Below are positions 27,827-36,707 of a stretch of 64,000 nucleotides of DNA, piece after piece (position 1 is the first letter of the stretch; each line of letters opens with the position of its first letter). This DNA is from an uncultured Gemmatimonadales bacterium (lineage in GTDB: Bacteria; Gemmatimonadota; Gemmatimonadetes; Gemmatimonadales; Gemmatimonadaceae), in assembly GCA_963707505.1 (NCBI GenBank), contig CAVPQB010000006.1, positions 128,001-192,000 on the forward strand, given 5' to 3'. Position numbers and translations under genes: made by a program. The notes below the pieces were generated by a model. That model was given only the letters and a program-made list of their open reading frames with translations. It did not search any database and was not told the DNA's origin.

Positions 27827-28523
27827 GATCCTTGCCCCCAAACATTTGAGTGGGATCTTCGTTTTAGTCGTGCTGGTGCTCGTATCCGCCGCTCCCGCTT
27901 CCGGACAAGCAACGCGCGAATCGATCTTCGCGCTCACGCCGCAATGCGTCGTCGCCTGCCAATCACCGCCATTAGCGCCGGATTCGACGAATCATACTAC
28001 ATCCAGACACTATTGGCGTAATCTCGCCGCCGGCTTTGCAGCCAGCATCCTCGCGCACGAGGCGGGCCACGTTGGGATGTCCTACGTCCTCGGCGCGCAC
28101 CCTACCTTCGGCTTCGAGGACGGCAAGCCCACCGTCTATTCGGGAATCGACGCCGCCAGGGACCCCCACAAGCAGTTCCTCTTCTCCAGTGCCGGCCTCG
28201 ACGTGCAGGCAATAATGGATGAGGCGATCCTGGACATTCCGCATCAGCGCGGCGGTGCCTTCGAGCGCGGTATTCTCGCCGGCGGAATTGCTACGGCGTA
28301 CTTCTACGCGACATTCGGACGCAACGCGCCGAACAGCGACATCACCTACATGGCGCGCACGTCATCGATGAACAGGACGACTGCATCGCTCATATACGCC
28401 GGCCTCGCGACCATTCAGACGATTCGCATCGCGCACGACGGACACTACGCAAACTTCTTCATGCGCCCTTCGTCCGACGGCGCGATCAATGTTGGAGTTG
28501 CGCTGCTGCCGGACGACCGGTAG
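27825..28523 (+). CDS. Hypothetical exported/membrane protein with HExxH motif (start uncertain)
   Basis: Signal-like hydrophobic N-terminus, ILAHEAGH. Confidence 0.65.
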   Translation: MILAPKHLSGIFVLVVLVLVSAAPASGQATRESIFALTPQCVVACQSPPLAPDSTNHTTSRHYWRNLAAGFAASILAHEAGHVGMSYVLGAHPTFGFEDGKPTVYSGIDAARDPHKQFLFSSAGLDVQAIMDEAILDIPHQRGGAFERGILAGGIATAYFYATFGRNAPNSDITYMARTSSMNRTTASLIYAGLATIQTIRIAHDGHYANFFMRPSSDGAINVGVALLPDDR

Positions 28524-30069
28524 TAGTAGAGGTAGTAGACGTACCGCCGGGCGCACTGGCAGAATCGGGTCGCGCTCCGGCTGGCCTCGCGGTCGTATCG
28601 GCAGCCCACACCGCGCCATCCGCCTTCCGTACTACCTGGTGAAGTCCGATGTCGCGCGCGAGCGTCTCCGGCGCGACAAAGTCCGGGCTCCGCTCGTCGA
28701 ATGCGACGACATATCCGTGATTCGCGCGTATCCGCTCTGCGAACCCTGACATGTCTCCCGGATCTGAGCTGTCAGGAAGCTCGCGCGCAATGCGGTTCGC
28801 ATGGAAATACAACGCTGCTGGCCAGTTGGAATAGAGCGGCCGGCCGGCTGCGTTGGCGCGAACCCAGGCGGTGAGAGGCGAATCGCGCCAGCTCGTGTTG
28901 GCGAAGTCGCTTCCTTCCGTCGTCGCATACACCGCGTCGTTCACGGTCGCTGTTGCGGTTGCGCCAAGCCAGACGAGCGCGACTGCCGCAATCGCCACGT
29001 GTACCGGCAAATGATATGCGCGCCACCAGTACCCGATCGCTGTGACGGCCTCTATCTCGATGAGCACGATAAGCGGCGCCAGAATGCGCCAGTCGAATGG
29101 GATCGTGCCACCAACGAACGCGCGAGATACGACGATGACAGCGACGTAGCATGCGCCGAGCAGTGAGGCCGCGCCGAGTAGCGCGGACACTCCACCGACA
29201 CGAAGCTGCTTGAGACGGTTGCCCGAAGTGTCGCTCGCCGCCATGATGACGAACGCAGCCAGGGCGACCGTCAGAACCAGCGCGAGAGCCCGTTGGAGCG
29301 TTCCGTCCGAGAGTAGCGGGGCAAGCCACTCCGCGAGTGTGTCACGGGCCTGAATGATCGTGTCGCTCCAGCCGCCATACACGTTCAACCTGGGCGTCGC
29401 GTGACGATCTGGTACAATGGCGGTGCGCGCAAACCATAGCGCGAGCGCGACGAACGGCAGGAACGCGACGGTGATAGCGCGGCGCACGCGTGTGCGAAAA
29501 TCGCGCTGCGAATCGAACAGTGTCCAGATCACAGCGGCCGCGGGCGCAAATGCTCCGGCGTATCGCACCATTACGGTCGCTGTCGCGAGCACGCTCAGAA
29601 GAATGAGACGGTCACGGGCATAGACCATCACGAACAGCAGCAACACCATCAACGCGATGAAAAGCGGCTCGCTCAGCACCGAGAGGTACGTGTCGAACAC
29701 CGCCTGCGTCGCGAATATCACCACCGCTCCTGCCACACCGGCGAAAATACCGAGCGGACTTGAGATCAGCAGAACTATCGTTGCGGCAGTGACAGCGGCG
29801 GCGACGACGTTGATCCAGCGTGCCGACTGCACCGGCGACGCACCGAGGAATACAGGCACCGCGATGGCCGCCGGAAAGCCGGGTGGCCACAGGGAAAGCG
29901 CGGAGGTGGAATCGGCTCGCTCCCACTCCGCTGTCGGAACGCGCATGCGGCCCTGACGCACCAGTGACGTCGCCGCACCCATGTACGCCATCGAGTCTGG
30001 GTCCAGACCGGGACCCGGCGAGCTGGTCGAGAGAAAAACGAGGGCCGCGGCAATCACCGCGGCCCCCAA
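28486..30069 (-). CDS. Multi-pass membrane glycosyltransferase-like protein (GT-C fold)
   Basis: PDS..Y after the first TM, WPPGFP, LSEPLF, VRYAG, about 11 TMs and a soluble C-terminal domain. Confidence 0.7.
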   Translation of the reverse strand: MGAAVIAAALVFLSTSSPGPGLDPDSMAYMGAATSLVRQGRMRVPTAEWERADSTSALSLWPPGFPAAIAVPVFLGASPVQSARWINVVAAAVTAATIVLLISSPLGIFAGVAGAVVIFATQAVFDTYLSVLSEPLFIALMVLLLFVMVYARDRLILLSVLATATVMVRYAGAFAPAAAVIWTLFDSQRDFRTRVRRAITVAFLPFVALALWFARTAIVPDRHATPRLNVYGGWSDTIIQARDTLAEWLAPLLSDGTLQRALALVLTVALAAFVIMAASDTSGNRLKQLRVGGVSALLGAASLLGACYVAVIVVSRAFVGGTIPFDWRILAPLIVLIEIEAVTAIGYWWRAYHLPVHVAIAAVALVWLGATATATVNDAVYATTEGSDFANTSWRDSPLTAWVRANAAGRPLYSNWPAALYFHANRIARELPDSSDPGDMSGFAERIRANHGYVVAFDERSPDFVAPETLARDIGLHQVVRKADGAVWAADTTARPAGARPDSASAPGGTSTTSTTTGRPAAAQLQH

Positions 30070-30083
30070 TACTGTTAGTGATT

Positions 30084-30713
30084 TCAGATGCGTGGGGAAT
30101 TGGAATTCGGCATCGTGTCTCGCTTGGGCATGGTGTCCTTCTTCGGCATCGTATCGCGACGCGGCGTCATCGGCATCATCGGCATTGTTGACATCGTATC
30201 GCGCTTCGCGGTCGTGTCAAGCGGTGGCTTGACGGGCATGGCTCCGCTCGACGTGTCGACGGGCGTTGTCGTCGTGTCATGCTTCGGTACCGCCATGGGG
30301 TTCGTCGCGGCATGTGACGGCGTCATCGGCGTGGCCTTGTTCAGATCGACCTTGCCGGCCGTGGAATCGGTCGTCGTGCTCGATCCACTTATTCCGCCGG
30401 CACTCATGCTGCCGCCGCTGGCGCCCGAACGAGCCATCTTGAGGCTGGGATCCGGGATTCCATTCCCGAACCCGATGTTCATCGCGGCGAGCATCGACTT
30501 TGCGTCAGTAGCACCGGAGTACTTGCTCTCGCATTTGTGGACCGCTGCGCGTGTGGTGGCGTCCATCCTTGCTGTAATGTGCGCCACACCGCAGCCGTCG
30601 TCCCGCAGCTGCTGCTGCAGTGCGATCGTCTCCACGCGTGTGAGCCCCTGTCCAAACGCCGGAGCGGTGCAACATACGGCGACCGCGCAGGCGCCAAGCA
30701 AACTGTACTTCAT
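30084..30713 (-). CDS. Secreted hypothetical protein, peptidoglycan-binding-like N-domain and Met/Thr/Pro-rich repeat tail
   Basis: GGAGG SD, signal peptide, LQQQLRDDG...MDATTRAAV, DTMP[KR][KR] repeats. Confidence 0.7.
   Translation of the reverse strand: MKYSLLGACAVAVCCTAPAFGQGLTRVETIALQQQLRDDGCGVAHITARMDATTRAAVHKCESKYSGATDAKSMLAAMNIGFGNGIPDPSLKMARSGASGGSMSAGGISGSSTTTDSTAGKVDLNKATPMTPSHAATNPMAVPKHDTTTTPVDTSSGAMPVKPPLDTTAKRDTMSTMPMMPMTPRRDTMPKKDTMPKRDTMPNSNSPRI
30108..30188. repeat. Degenerate coding tandem repeat (3x18 bp plus 3x9 bp)
   Basis: cggcatcgtgtctcgctt/gggcatggtgtccttctt/cggcatcgtatcgcgacg then cggcgtcat/cggcatcat/cggcattgt. Confidence 0.7.
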
Positions 30714-30768
30714 GTTAGCCTCCAGAGGAGTGTGTCATGCGCCTAAAGCGCGCTATTTCCTCCAGTCG

Positions 30769-30783
30769 GCAAACGACGGGCCC
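30769..30783 (-). promoter_or_regulatory. Possible sigma54 promoter
   Basis: Minus strand gGGCCCgtcgtTTGC, GG-N10-GC, 56 nt upstream of ATG 30713; weaker -24 box. Confidence 0.4.
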
Positions 30784-30788
30784 AAAAG

Positions 30789-31238
30789 CTATTTGAGCAC
30801 CACATGGGCGATGATGGCCCCGAGAGTGAGAAGTACAGCCGCCGCCGCGAACATCACCGCCGGATTCATACTTATCGAACGCTTGTACCACGGATGGTGG
30901 CCGCGGTAGGTGTCGTCCGGAAGCGAGTCCATGATCCGTTTGTGGACGTACAGTGGCGTGGTGCGGCTACGCAGCGTTTCCGCCTCGTCGTGGATCTTCG
31001 TCCAGAGGTCCACGGCATCATTGCCCCCCGGCGTCGCACGGACCAGGGCGATGCTGACGTCGCCATCGAGCCATTGATGCAACAACGCAGTCCCGCCGCT
31101 GTTTGGAATCGGAACTTCGCGATCCGGCGCGCGGTGCGTAAGCGCACCATCGTTGTCGCTCGGCTTCGACCGCGGCGGCTGATAGCCCAGTTCCGGGTCA
31201 GAGTGATCTTCTGGAGTGTGCAGGTCATCGTACATCAC
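30789..31238 (-). CDS. Small protein with a C-terminal TM, putative anti-sigma factor
   Basis: GTGA overlap with the ECF sigma stop; LHQWLDGD helix typical of anti-sigma domains; single terminal TM. Confidence 0.6.
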   Translation of the reverse strand: MMYDDLHTPEDHSDPELGYQPPRSKPSDNDGALTHRAPDREVPIPNSGGTALLHQWLDGDVSIALVRATPGGNDAVDLWTKIHDEAETLRSRTTPLYVHKRIMDSLPDDTYRGHHPWYKRSISMNPAVMFAAAAVLLTLGAIIAHVVLK

Positions 31239-31795
31239 GCGTATTTCCCCTCAAGCAGGTGCTGGAGTGCCTCGCGTGCCCTGTGAACACGCATCTTGAG
31301 GGCTCCAACCGTTGTGCGCAACAGCTCCGCCATTTCCTCGTACGACCGTCCTTCCACGTGCTTCATCACAAAAGCTTCACGAAGGGCAGGGGCAAGAGCG
31401 GCGAGCGCCACTTCGAGATCCGTCCGCAATTCGTTGCGATCCAGCTCCTCTTCGGGCGTCGAATATGAGGACGGTTGATCGTCCTCTTCGTAACTGACGT
31501 GGGACCGACGAATGTTCTTGAGCCAATCCTTGCAAGCATTGGCTACGATGCGGAACACCCACGCATCGAACCTGCCACGCACTTCACCCAGATGTGCGTA
31601 TGCTTTGATGAACGACTGTTGCAGAATGTCCTCTGCAACATCCGGACTGCCGGTCATGCCGAGCGCGTGCCGGTACAGTGGATCGCTGTATCGGACAATC
31701 AGAAGCTCGAACGAGTCGCGTGACCCGTTCAACACGCGCTTGATGACCTCCTGGTCGAGGTCAGCCTGGTCGACCTGGCCGGTCGCAGAGGTCAC
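31235..31795 (-). CDS. ECF RNA polymerase sigma factor
   Basis: AEDILQQSFIKAY, FDAWVFRIVAN.CKD (region 2), EGRSYEEMAELL...GALKMRVHRAR (region 4). Confidence 0.95.
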   Translation of the reverse strand: MTSATGQVDQADLDQEVIKRVLNGSRDSFELLIVRYSDPLYRHALGMTGSPDVAEDILQQSFIKAYAHLGEVRGRFDAWVFRIVANACKDWLKNIRRSHVSYEEDDQPSSYSTPEEELDRNELRTDLEVALAALAPALREAFVMKHVEGRSYEEMAELLRTTVGALKMRVHRAREALQHLLEGKYA

Positions 31796-31894
31796 GGATG
31801 TTACCTACGGTTACCTGATTGGCATGAAATACGCCTATTCCGGCCATAATATCCACTAATCGGCGATACTACGCCACCCCGAAGCGTCAATGGG

Positions 31895-31922
31895 TTGCGA
31901 AAGTGTTGAAAAATCATATACT
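31895..31922 (+). promoter_or_regulatory. Putative sigma70 promoter
   Basis: TTGCGA-N16-TATACT in an AT-rich patch upstream of ATG 31962. Confidence 0.45.
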
Positions 31923-31961
31923 TAGCGCGGTTTACACCCATCTTCATCCAACTAGCCGCCC

Positions 31962-32657
31962 ATGGCAGATAAGTCAGTGACGCCTGAGGTCACGCCGGAA
32001 GATCCGGCGACCCCGGCGGCTCCAATAGTTCCTCCCCCTCCCAAGCGTAGCCCGGGTCACCGCGGCGCAGACGTGAAGGATACGGTAGCGGAGATGACCG
32101 CCAAGGCTCATGAAATTAGCCTCGAGGCGGGCAGCAAGATGGCCGCCGCGATGAAAGATGTAATAAACGCAGCCGCGGGCCTCACCGGTTTCGTTCTGGA
32201 GAGCGCACGTGACCTCGTCCAGTACATGGTCCGTCGCGGCCAGATGACCCAGGAAGAAGCCGACAAGCTCATCCGTCAGGCCGAGGAGGCTCAGGTGGGT
32301 CGTCCGGCTCCTCCGCCGCGCGCACCAGAGCCGGAGCCCACCCCGAGGGTCGTCACGGCCCCGGTCGCAGCCCCGACAGCGCCAGCAGCCCCCGCGACCG
32401 CTACACCGGCACAGGCGGCAGCGCCTGCAGTTCCTGCAGCTCCTGCCCACAAGCCAGAGCCCAAAGCCGCAGCGAAGCCAGCTGCGCCTGCCCCGGCCAA
32501 GGCAAAGGCACCCGCTTCCAAGCCTGCTGCGAAGACCGTCGCGAAGCCGCCAGCAGCCAAGAAATCAGCGGCTCGCACGGCTCACAAGTCCGATAATGTG
32601 GTAACGAAGAAGGCTGTGAAGCCGGCACCGAAAAAGGCGACTGCAAAACGTAAATGA
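31962..32657 (+). CDS. Phasin/PhaF-like protein with histone H1-like Ala/Lys/Pro tail
   Basis: AAAGL...ARDLVQYMVRRGQMTQEEADKLI helix followed by AAKP-type repeats. Confidence 0.65.
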   Translation: MADKSVTPEVTPEDPATPAAPIVPPPPKRSPGHRGADVKDTVAEMTAKAHEISLEAGSKMAAAMKDVINAAAGLTGFVLESARDLVQYMVRRGQMTQEEADKLIRQAEEAQVGRPAPPPRAPEPEPTPRVVTAPVAAPTAPAAPATATPAQAAAPAVPAAPAHKPEPKAAAKPAAPAPAKAKAPASKPAAKTVAKPPAAKKSAARTAHKSDNVVTKKAVKPAPKKATAKRK

Positions 32658-33802
32658 AGCCGGCCGAGTTAGCGGCCGCGCTGATCGAGTTCGATTCCCG
32701 TAATCCGTCTTTGGCGCCTGATGCTCCCGGTGAGCATCAGGTCGCTTTGTTTCTGGCCGGAATTCTCGAAGGATGGGATTTCCAGGTCGAGCTGCAGGAG
32801 GTCGTGCCGGGCCGATCCAATCTCGTCGCGCGGGCCGGTAGATCGCTCCCGAATGCCCGATCCCTGATGCTGAACGGCCACCTCGACGTGGTCGGAGTCG
32901 AGCGGATGAGTCACGCCCCATTCAGGCCGGACATCCTCGATGGCAACATGTACGGCCGCGGTTCAGCAGACATGAAGGGCGGCATCGCTGCGATGTGCAT
33001 CGCGGCCCGTGATGCTGTCCAGCAGGGTATCGACGGCGAAGTCGTGATAGCAGCCGTCATCGACGAGGAGTACGAAAGCCTCGGCACACGTGCGCTCATT
33101 GCATCCGGCGTGCGGACTGATGCTGCGGTGATTGCGGAGCCCACGCGACTCTCGCTCTGCCCCGCGCATCGCGGCTTCGTGTGGGCGCGACTCGACGTGC
33201 GTGGCCGCGCAGCTCACGGCAGCCGCTACGACCTCGGCGTCGATGCGATCACGCACGCGGCGCTCATCATCGCCGAGCTCGATCGGATGCAGAGCCGGAG
33301 CATGTCGCGGCATACCCATCCGCTGCTCGGCCGCGGCTCGCTGCACGCGTCGCTCATATCAGGGGGAAGCGGCATCTCCACCTATCCGGAGCTGTGCACT
33401 GTCGAGATCGAGCGACGCACGCTACCGGGCGAGACGGAGCGCACATTTCTGGACGAGCTGGCTTCGGCCACGGCGATGGTCCGGAATGCACATCCCGATC
33501 TCGACGTGGACGTCACTATCACTACCTCGCAGCTTGCGAGCGACGTGTCACGTGATGCTCCGATCGTGACTGAGATGCTCGAGGCACTCAGGCAGGAGCG
33601 GCTGCCGCTGCGCGTCGAGGGGATGAGCGCCTGGACTGATGCCGCACTGCTCAACGAGGCCGGTATTCCGGCTATCTGCTTTGGGCCCGGCGACATCGCG
33701 CTCGCCCATTCGGCGACCGAGTATCTACCACTCGCAGAGCTGGATGCAGCGACTCGCGTCCTGACTCGTTTCGTCGATTCGTGGTGTAACAGCAGTCGCT
33801 GA
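32654..33802 (+). CDS. M20 family ArgE/DapE-like deacylase
   Basis: LNGHLDVV, YGRGSADMKGG, DEE, AEPT, GRAAHGS, GPG....AHS. Confidence 0.93.
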   Translation: MKPAELAAALIEFDSRNPSLAPDAPGEHQVALFLAGILEGWDFQVELQEVVPGRSNLVARAGRSLPNARSLMLNGHLDVVGVERMSHAPFRPDILDGNMYGRGSADMKGGIAAMCIAARDAVQQGIDGEVVIAAVIDEEYESLGTRALIASGVRTDAAVIAEPTRLSLCPAHRGFVWARLDVRGRAAHGSRYDLGVDAITHAALIIAELDRMQSRSMSRHTHPLLGRGSLHASLISGGSGISTYPELCTVEIERRTLPGETERTFLDELASATAMVRNAHPDLDVDVTITTSQLASDVSRDAPIVTEMLEALRQERLPLRVEGMSAWTDAALLNEAGIPAICFGPGDIALAHSATEYLPLAELDAATRVLTRFVDSWCNSSR

Positions 33803-33859
33803 GTGGATTCGTCGCGCATCGCGCGACACGGAACGACAGCGTCCGATTAGTATCGTTAG

Positions 33860-34078
33860 ATGCAACTCTCGACCAGACAGTACAACTTGCTGGAGCGCGC
33901 AATCGCCGATGGCCTTCGGATCGTCGTTTACCGGCGTGGATCGGAATTCGTCGTCCGGCCGGAATCGCTCGGCCTCCGCGCGGGACGTGAGGCCATCGAG
34001 ACGATTCAGCCGGCAACGGGAGACCGCATGACGATCTATCTCGATGACCTGGAAGGCTTCGAGATTGTCGATGCCTGA
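33860..34078 (+). CDS. Hypothetical protein (72 aa)
   Basis: Compact ORF with TAGTAT-N6-ATG start; its stop overlaps the rnhA start. Confidence 0.7.
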   Translation: MQLSTRQYNLLERAIADGLRIVVYRRGSEFVVRPESLGLRAGREAIETIQPATGDRMTIYLDDLEGFEIVDA

Positions 34079-34693
34079 GACGCCCGACGAGATAATCGCG
34101 GTCTTTGCGGACGAATCCTGTCTGGGGAACGGCCGCGAAGGCGACAATGCCGGCGGTGCTGGCGGGTTGATCGAGTGGAAGAGTCCCGCAACGGGCCAGA
34201 TCGTGCGGTGGGATTACTGGATCAGCGAGCCGGCGACGACCAATAACCGCATGGCACTCCGATCGGTGATCGAAGCTTTTCGCGGCATCTCCGCGAAGCG
34301 GAAGCGGTTCGCTGTAGTATTCACCACGGATTCCAGATACATCGTTGACGGAATGACGAGCTGGGTACATGGATGGGCAAGGCAGGGCTGGAAGCGAAAG
34401 AGCGGTCCGATCGAGAACCTGGAGCTCTGGAAGGAAGCGCTCCGCGCGCTCGGCCCGCATCACTGTGAGTGGCGCTGGGTGCGCGGGCACAATGGGCAGC
34501 CGCAGAACGAATATGCCAATCACCTCGCCACACGAGCCGCGGCTCGGCGCAGAATTCTTCCGGCGGATTGATCGAGTCCGGTTTCGAAGCCTGGCTCACG
34601 GAGCACGGAGGGACTGGCGTGACGGCACAAACGATTGCACCATTTCCGAACCACGAAACGTTCAAGGGGAAGCACCGAGAATGGACGATCTAG
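34071..34693 (+). CDS. rnhA: Ribonuclease HI, C-terminus shifted by an apparent -1 indel at ~34546
   Basis: ADESCLGN, TTNNRMAL, TDSRY, W...GWK....IENLELW, WVRGH.G...NE.A; continues as AQNSSGGLIESGF if GG is read as GGG. Confidence 0.9.
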
Positions 34694-35377
34694 ATCGCCT
34701 CTATCGCAGACTGGTACACAACATCCGCGCGACGCGTCCGGAATACCTCAAGATTCCGTTCAGTGTGCGTGAGCTGTACGAGCAGATCGTTCCATATCGC
34801 CACAATCGCCGCGAGCTCGCGATCGAGACCAACGACGATTATGAAACGGCGGTCGCGCGGCTTCTGTCGGGCGAGCGCAATTATGTGACTGCTGATCCCG
34901 CGATGCAGGAATCGCTGCAGCGTGAGCTTGCATCGCCTACCGGCGACCCGGGCGTATTCAAGGATTACGCGAACGCGACGCTGACGCTCACGGCTGCCGC
35001 CGAATCGGCGCTGACACCGGTGCCAGCGACGGCGGGTTCCGGGATGAACACTCCAGCGTCGGTATCGGAGCGGCAGGAATCGCGTCGTGAGATGACACCG
35101 GGCCAGAGTGCGGTCGCTGCCTTCGATGCGATGTCGCCCGCAGCTGTAGCGCCCGAAGTTCCCACAGCGCCGGTTCCTACGTTGCTGGAGTCTCTGTCGA
35201 CGATCGACGTCCCAACGGGATGTCGTTTCTGCGGCGGCACGCTGCCGGACGGGCCGCGAGACCAACTACTGCCCTCACTGCGGCGAGAATCTCCGCACAC
35301 GCCGCTGTCCGGCGTGCGGGTCGGAGATGGATACTTCGTGGAAGTTCTGTGTGACGTGCGGGAGAGCGGCGACGTAG
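34681..35377 (+). CDS. Double zinc-ribbon domain protein, split by an apparent +1 indel at ~35252
   Basis: CRFCG, then in the shifted frame GRETNYCPHCGENLRTRRCPACGSEMDTSWKFCVTCGRAAT-stop (four CxxC). Confidence 0.85.
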
Positions 35378-35389
35378 GGCGCTACTACA

Positions 35390-36695
35390 TCACTGCCGTT
35401 GCACCGCCGAGCGCGCGGTTTCGGTGATCAACCGCGCGCCACGCTGATATGTGAAGTACGCGTACGCCCACTGCAGCAGCACACTCAGTCGGTTGCGGAA
35501 GCCAATGAGATACGTGATGTGAATTCCGAGCCACAGGAACCACGCGAGCCGTCCACCGACCTGGATCTTCCCGCCGAACAGGTTCGCGATCGCCTTTCCG
35601 CGGCCGATCGTCGCGAGGTCGCCCTTGTTGAAATAATTGAAGTCGGAGCGCGGCCGTCTTTCGATGGTTGCGATTATGTTCCTCGCCGCGACGCGACCTT
35701 CCTGCATCGCAACCTGTGCGACACCGGGCGCGGGCTGGCCATTCTTCTGCAGTGCGTGCGCGAGGTCACCGATCACAAAGACGTTGGGATGGCCCGGAAT
35801 CGAAAGGTCGCGCTCCACGATCACCTGGCCGGTCTTTGTCAGTGGCACACCAAGCGATTTTGAGACCGGTGATGCAACGTTTCCCGCAGCCCAGAATACG
35901 GACCGTGTCTTGATCTCGTGGTCGCCAACGTAAACTGTATCAGGCTCGATACGCGTCACGGCGGACGACGTGCGAACGTCCACATGCAGCTCGCCGAGGT
36001 CACGCGCAGCGCGTGCAGCGAGCCGCTCGGGGAATGCCGGTAGAATGCGACTTCCTGCTTCGAGTAGAATGACCGATGTGTCACGGGTATCGACGTGCCG
36101 GAAATCCCGGCGCATTCCGTGTGCGATCTCCTGCATCACGCCTGCAAGCTCGCAACCGGTTGGGCCGGCGCCGACGATCACAAACGTCAGCCATGCGTCG
36201 CGCTCTTCCGGCGTCGCAGCGCGGTCCGCTTCCTCGAACGCGAGCAGAAAGCGTCGCCGAATCTCCAGCGCATCCTCGACGGCCTTCAATCCCGGCGCGA
36301 GCTTCTCCCATTCCGGATGGCCGAAATACGAATGCCTGGTACCGCATGCAACGATGAGATAGTCGTACGGGACGTCGAAATCACCCTTGAGGCGCGACGG
36401 ATCCGAACACTTCACGATCTGCGCGTTCACATCGACCTCGCGCACCTCGGCCAGCTCGACGCTGGTATTTGCCTGATATCGCAGTACGTGCCTGATGGCG
36501 GCAGCTAATGTCAGTCGGCGCCAGCGACGCCGTCGCTACCTGATACAACAACGGCTGGAAGAGATGATGGTTCGTCTTATCGAGCACGGTTACTCGGGCT
36601 TTGATCCGGCCGAGCTTCTTCGCTGCAAGCAGTCCGCCAAAGCCTCCGCCTATGATCACGATGCGCGGTAGCTTGTCTATCTCTTCCTGATTCAC
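35390..36695 (-). CDS. ndh: Type II NADH dehydrogenase-like NAD(P)/FAD oxidoreductase, split by an apparent +1 indel at ~36503
   Basis: IIGGGFGGL, HHLFQPLLYQVAT, IVGAGPTGCELAG, WAAG, IGD, AQVAMQ, KGDLATIGR. Confidence 0.88.
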
Positions 36696-36707
36696 GAAAT
36701 CACATCC

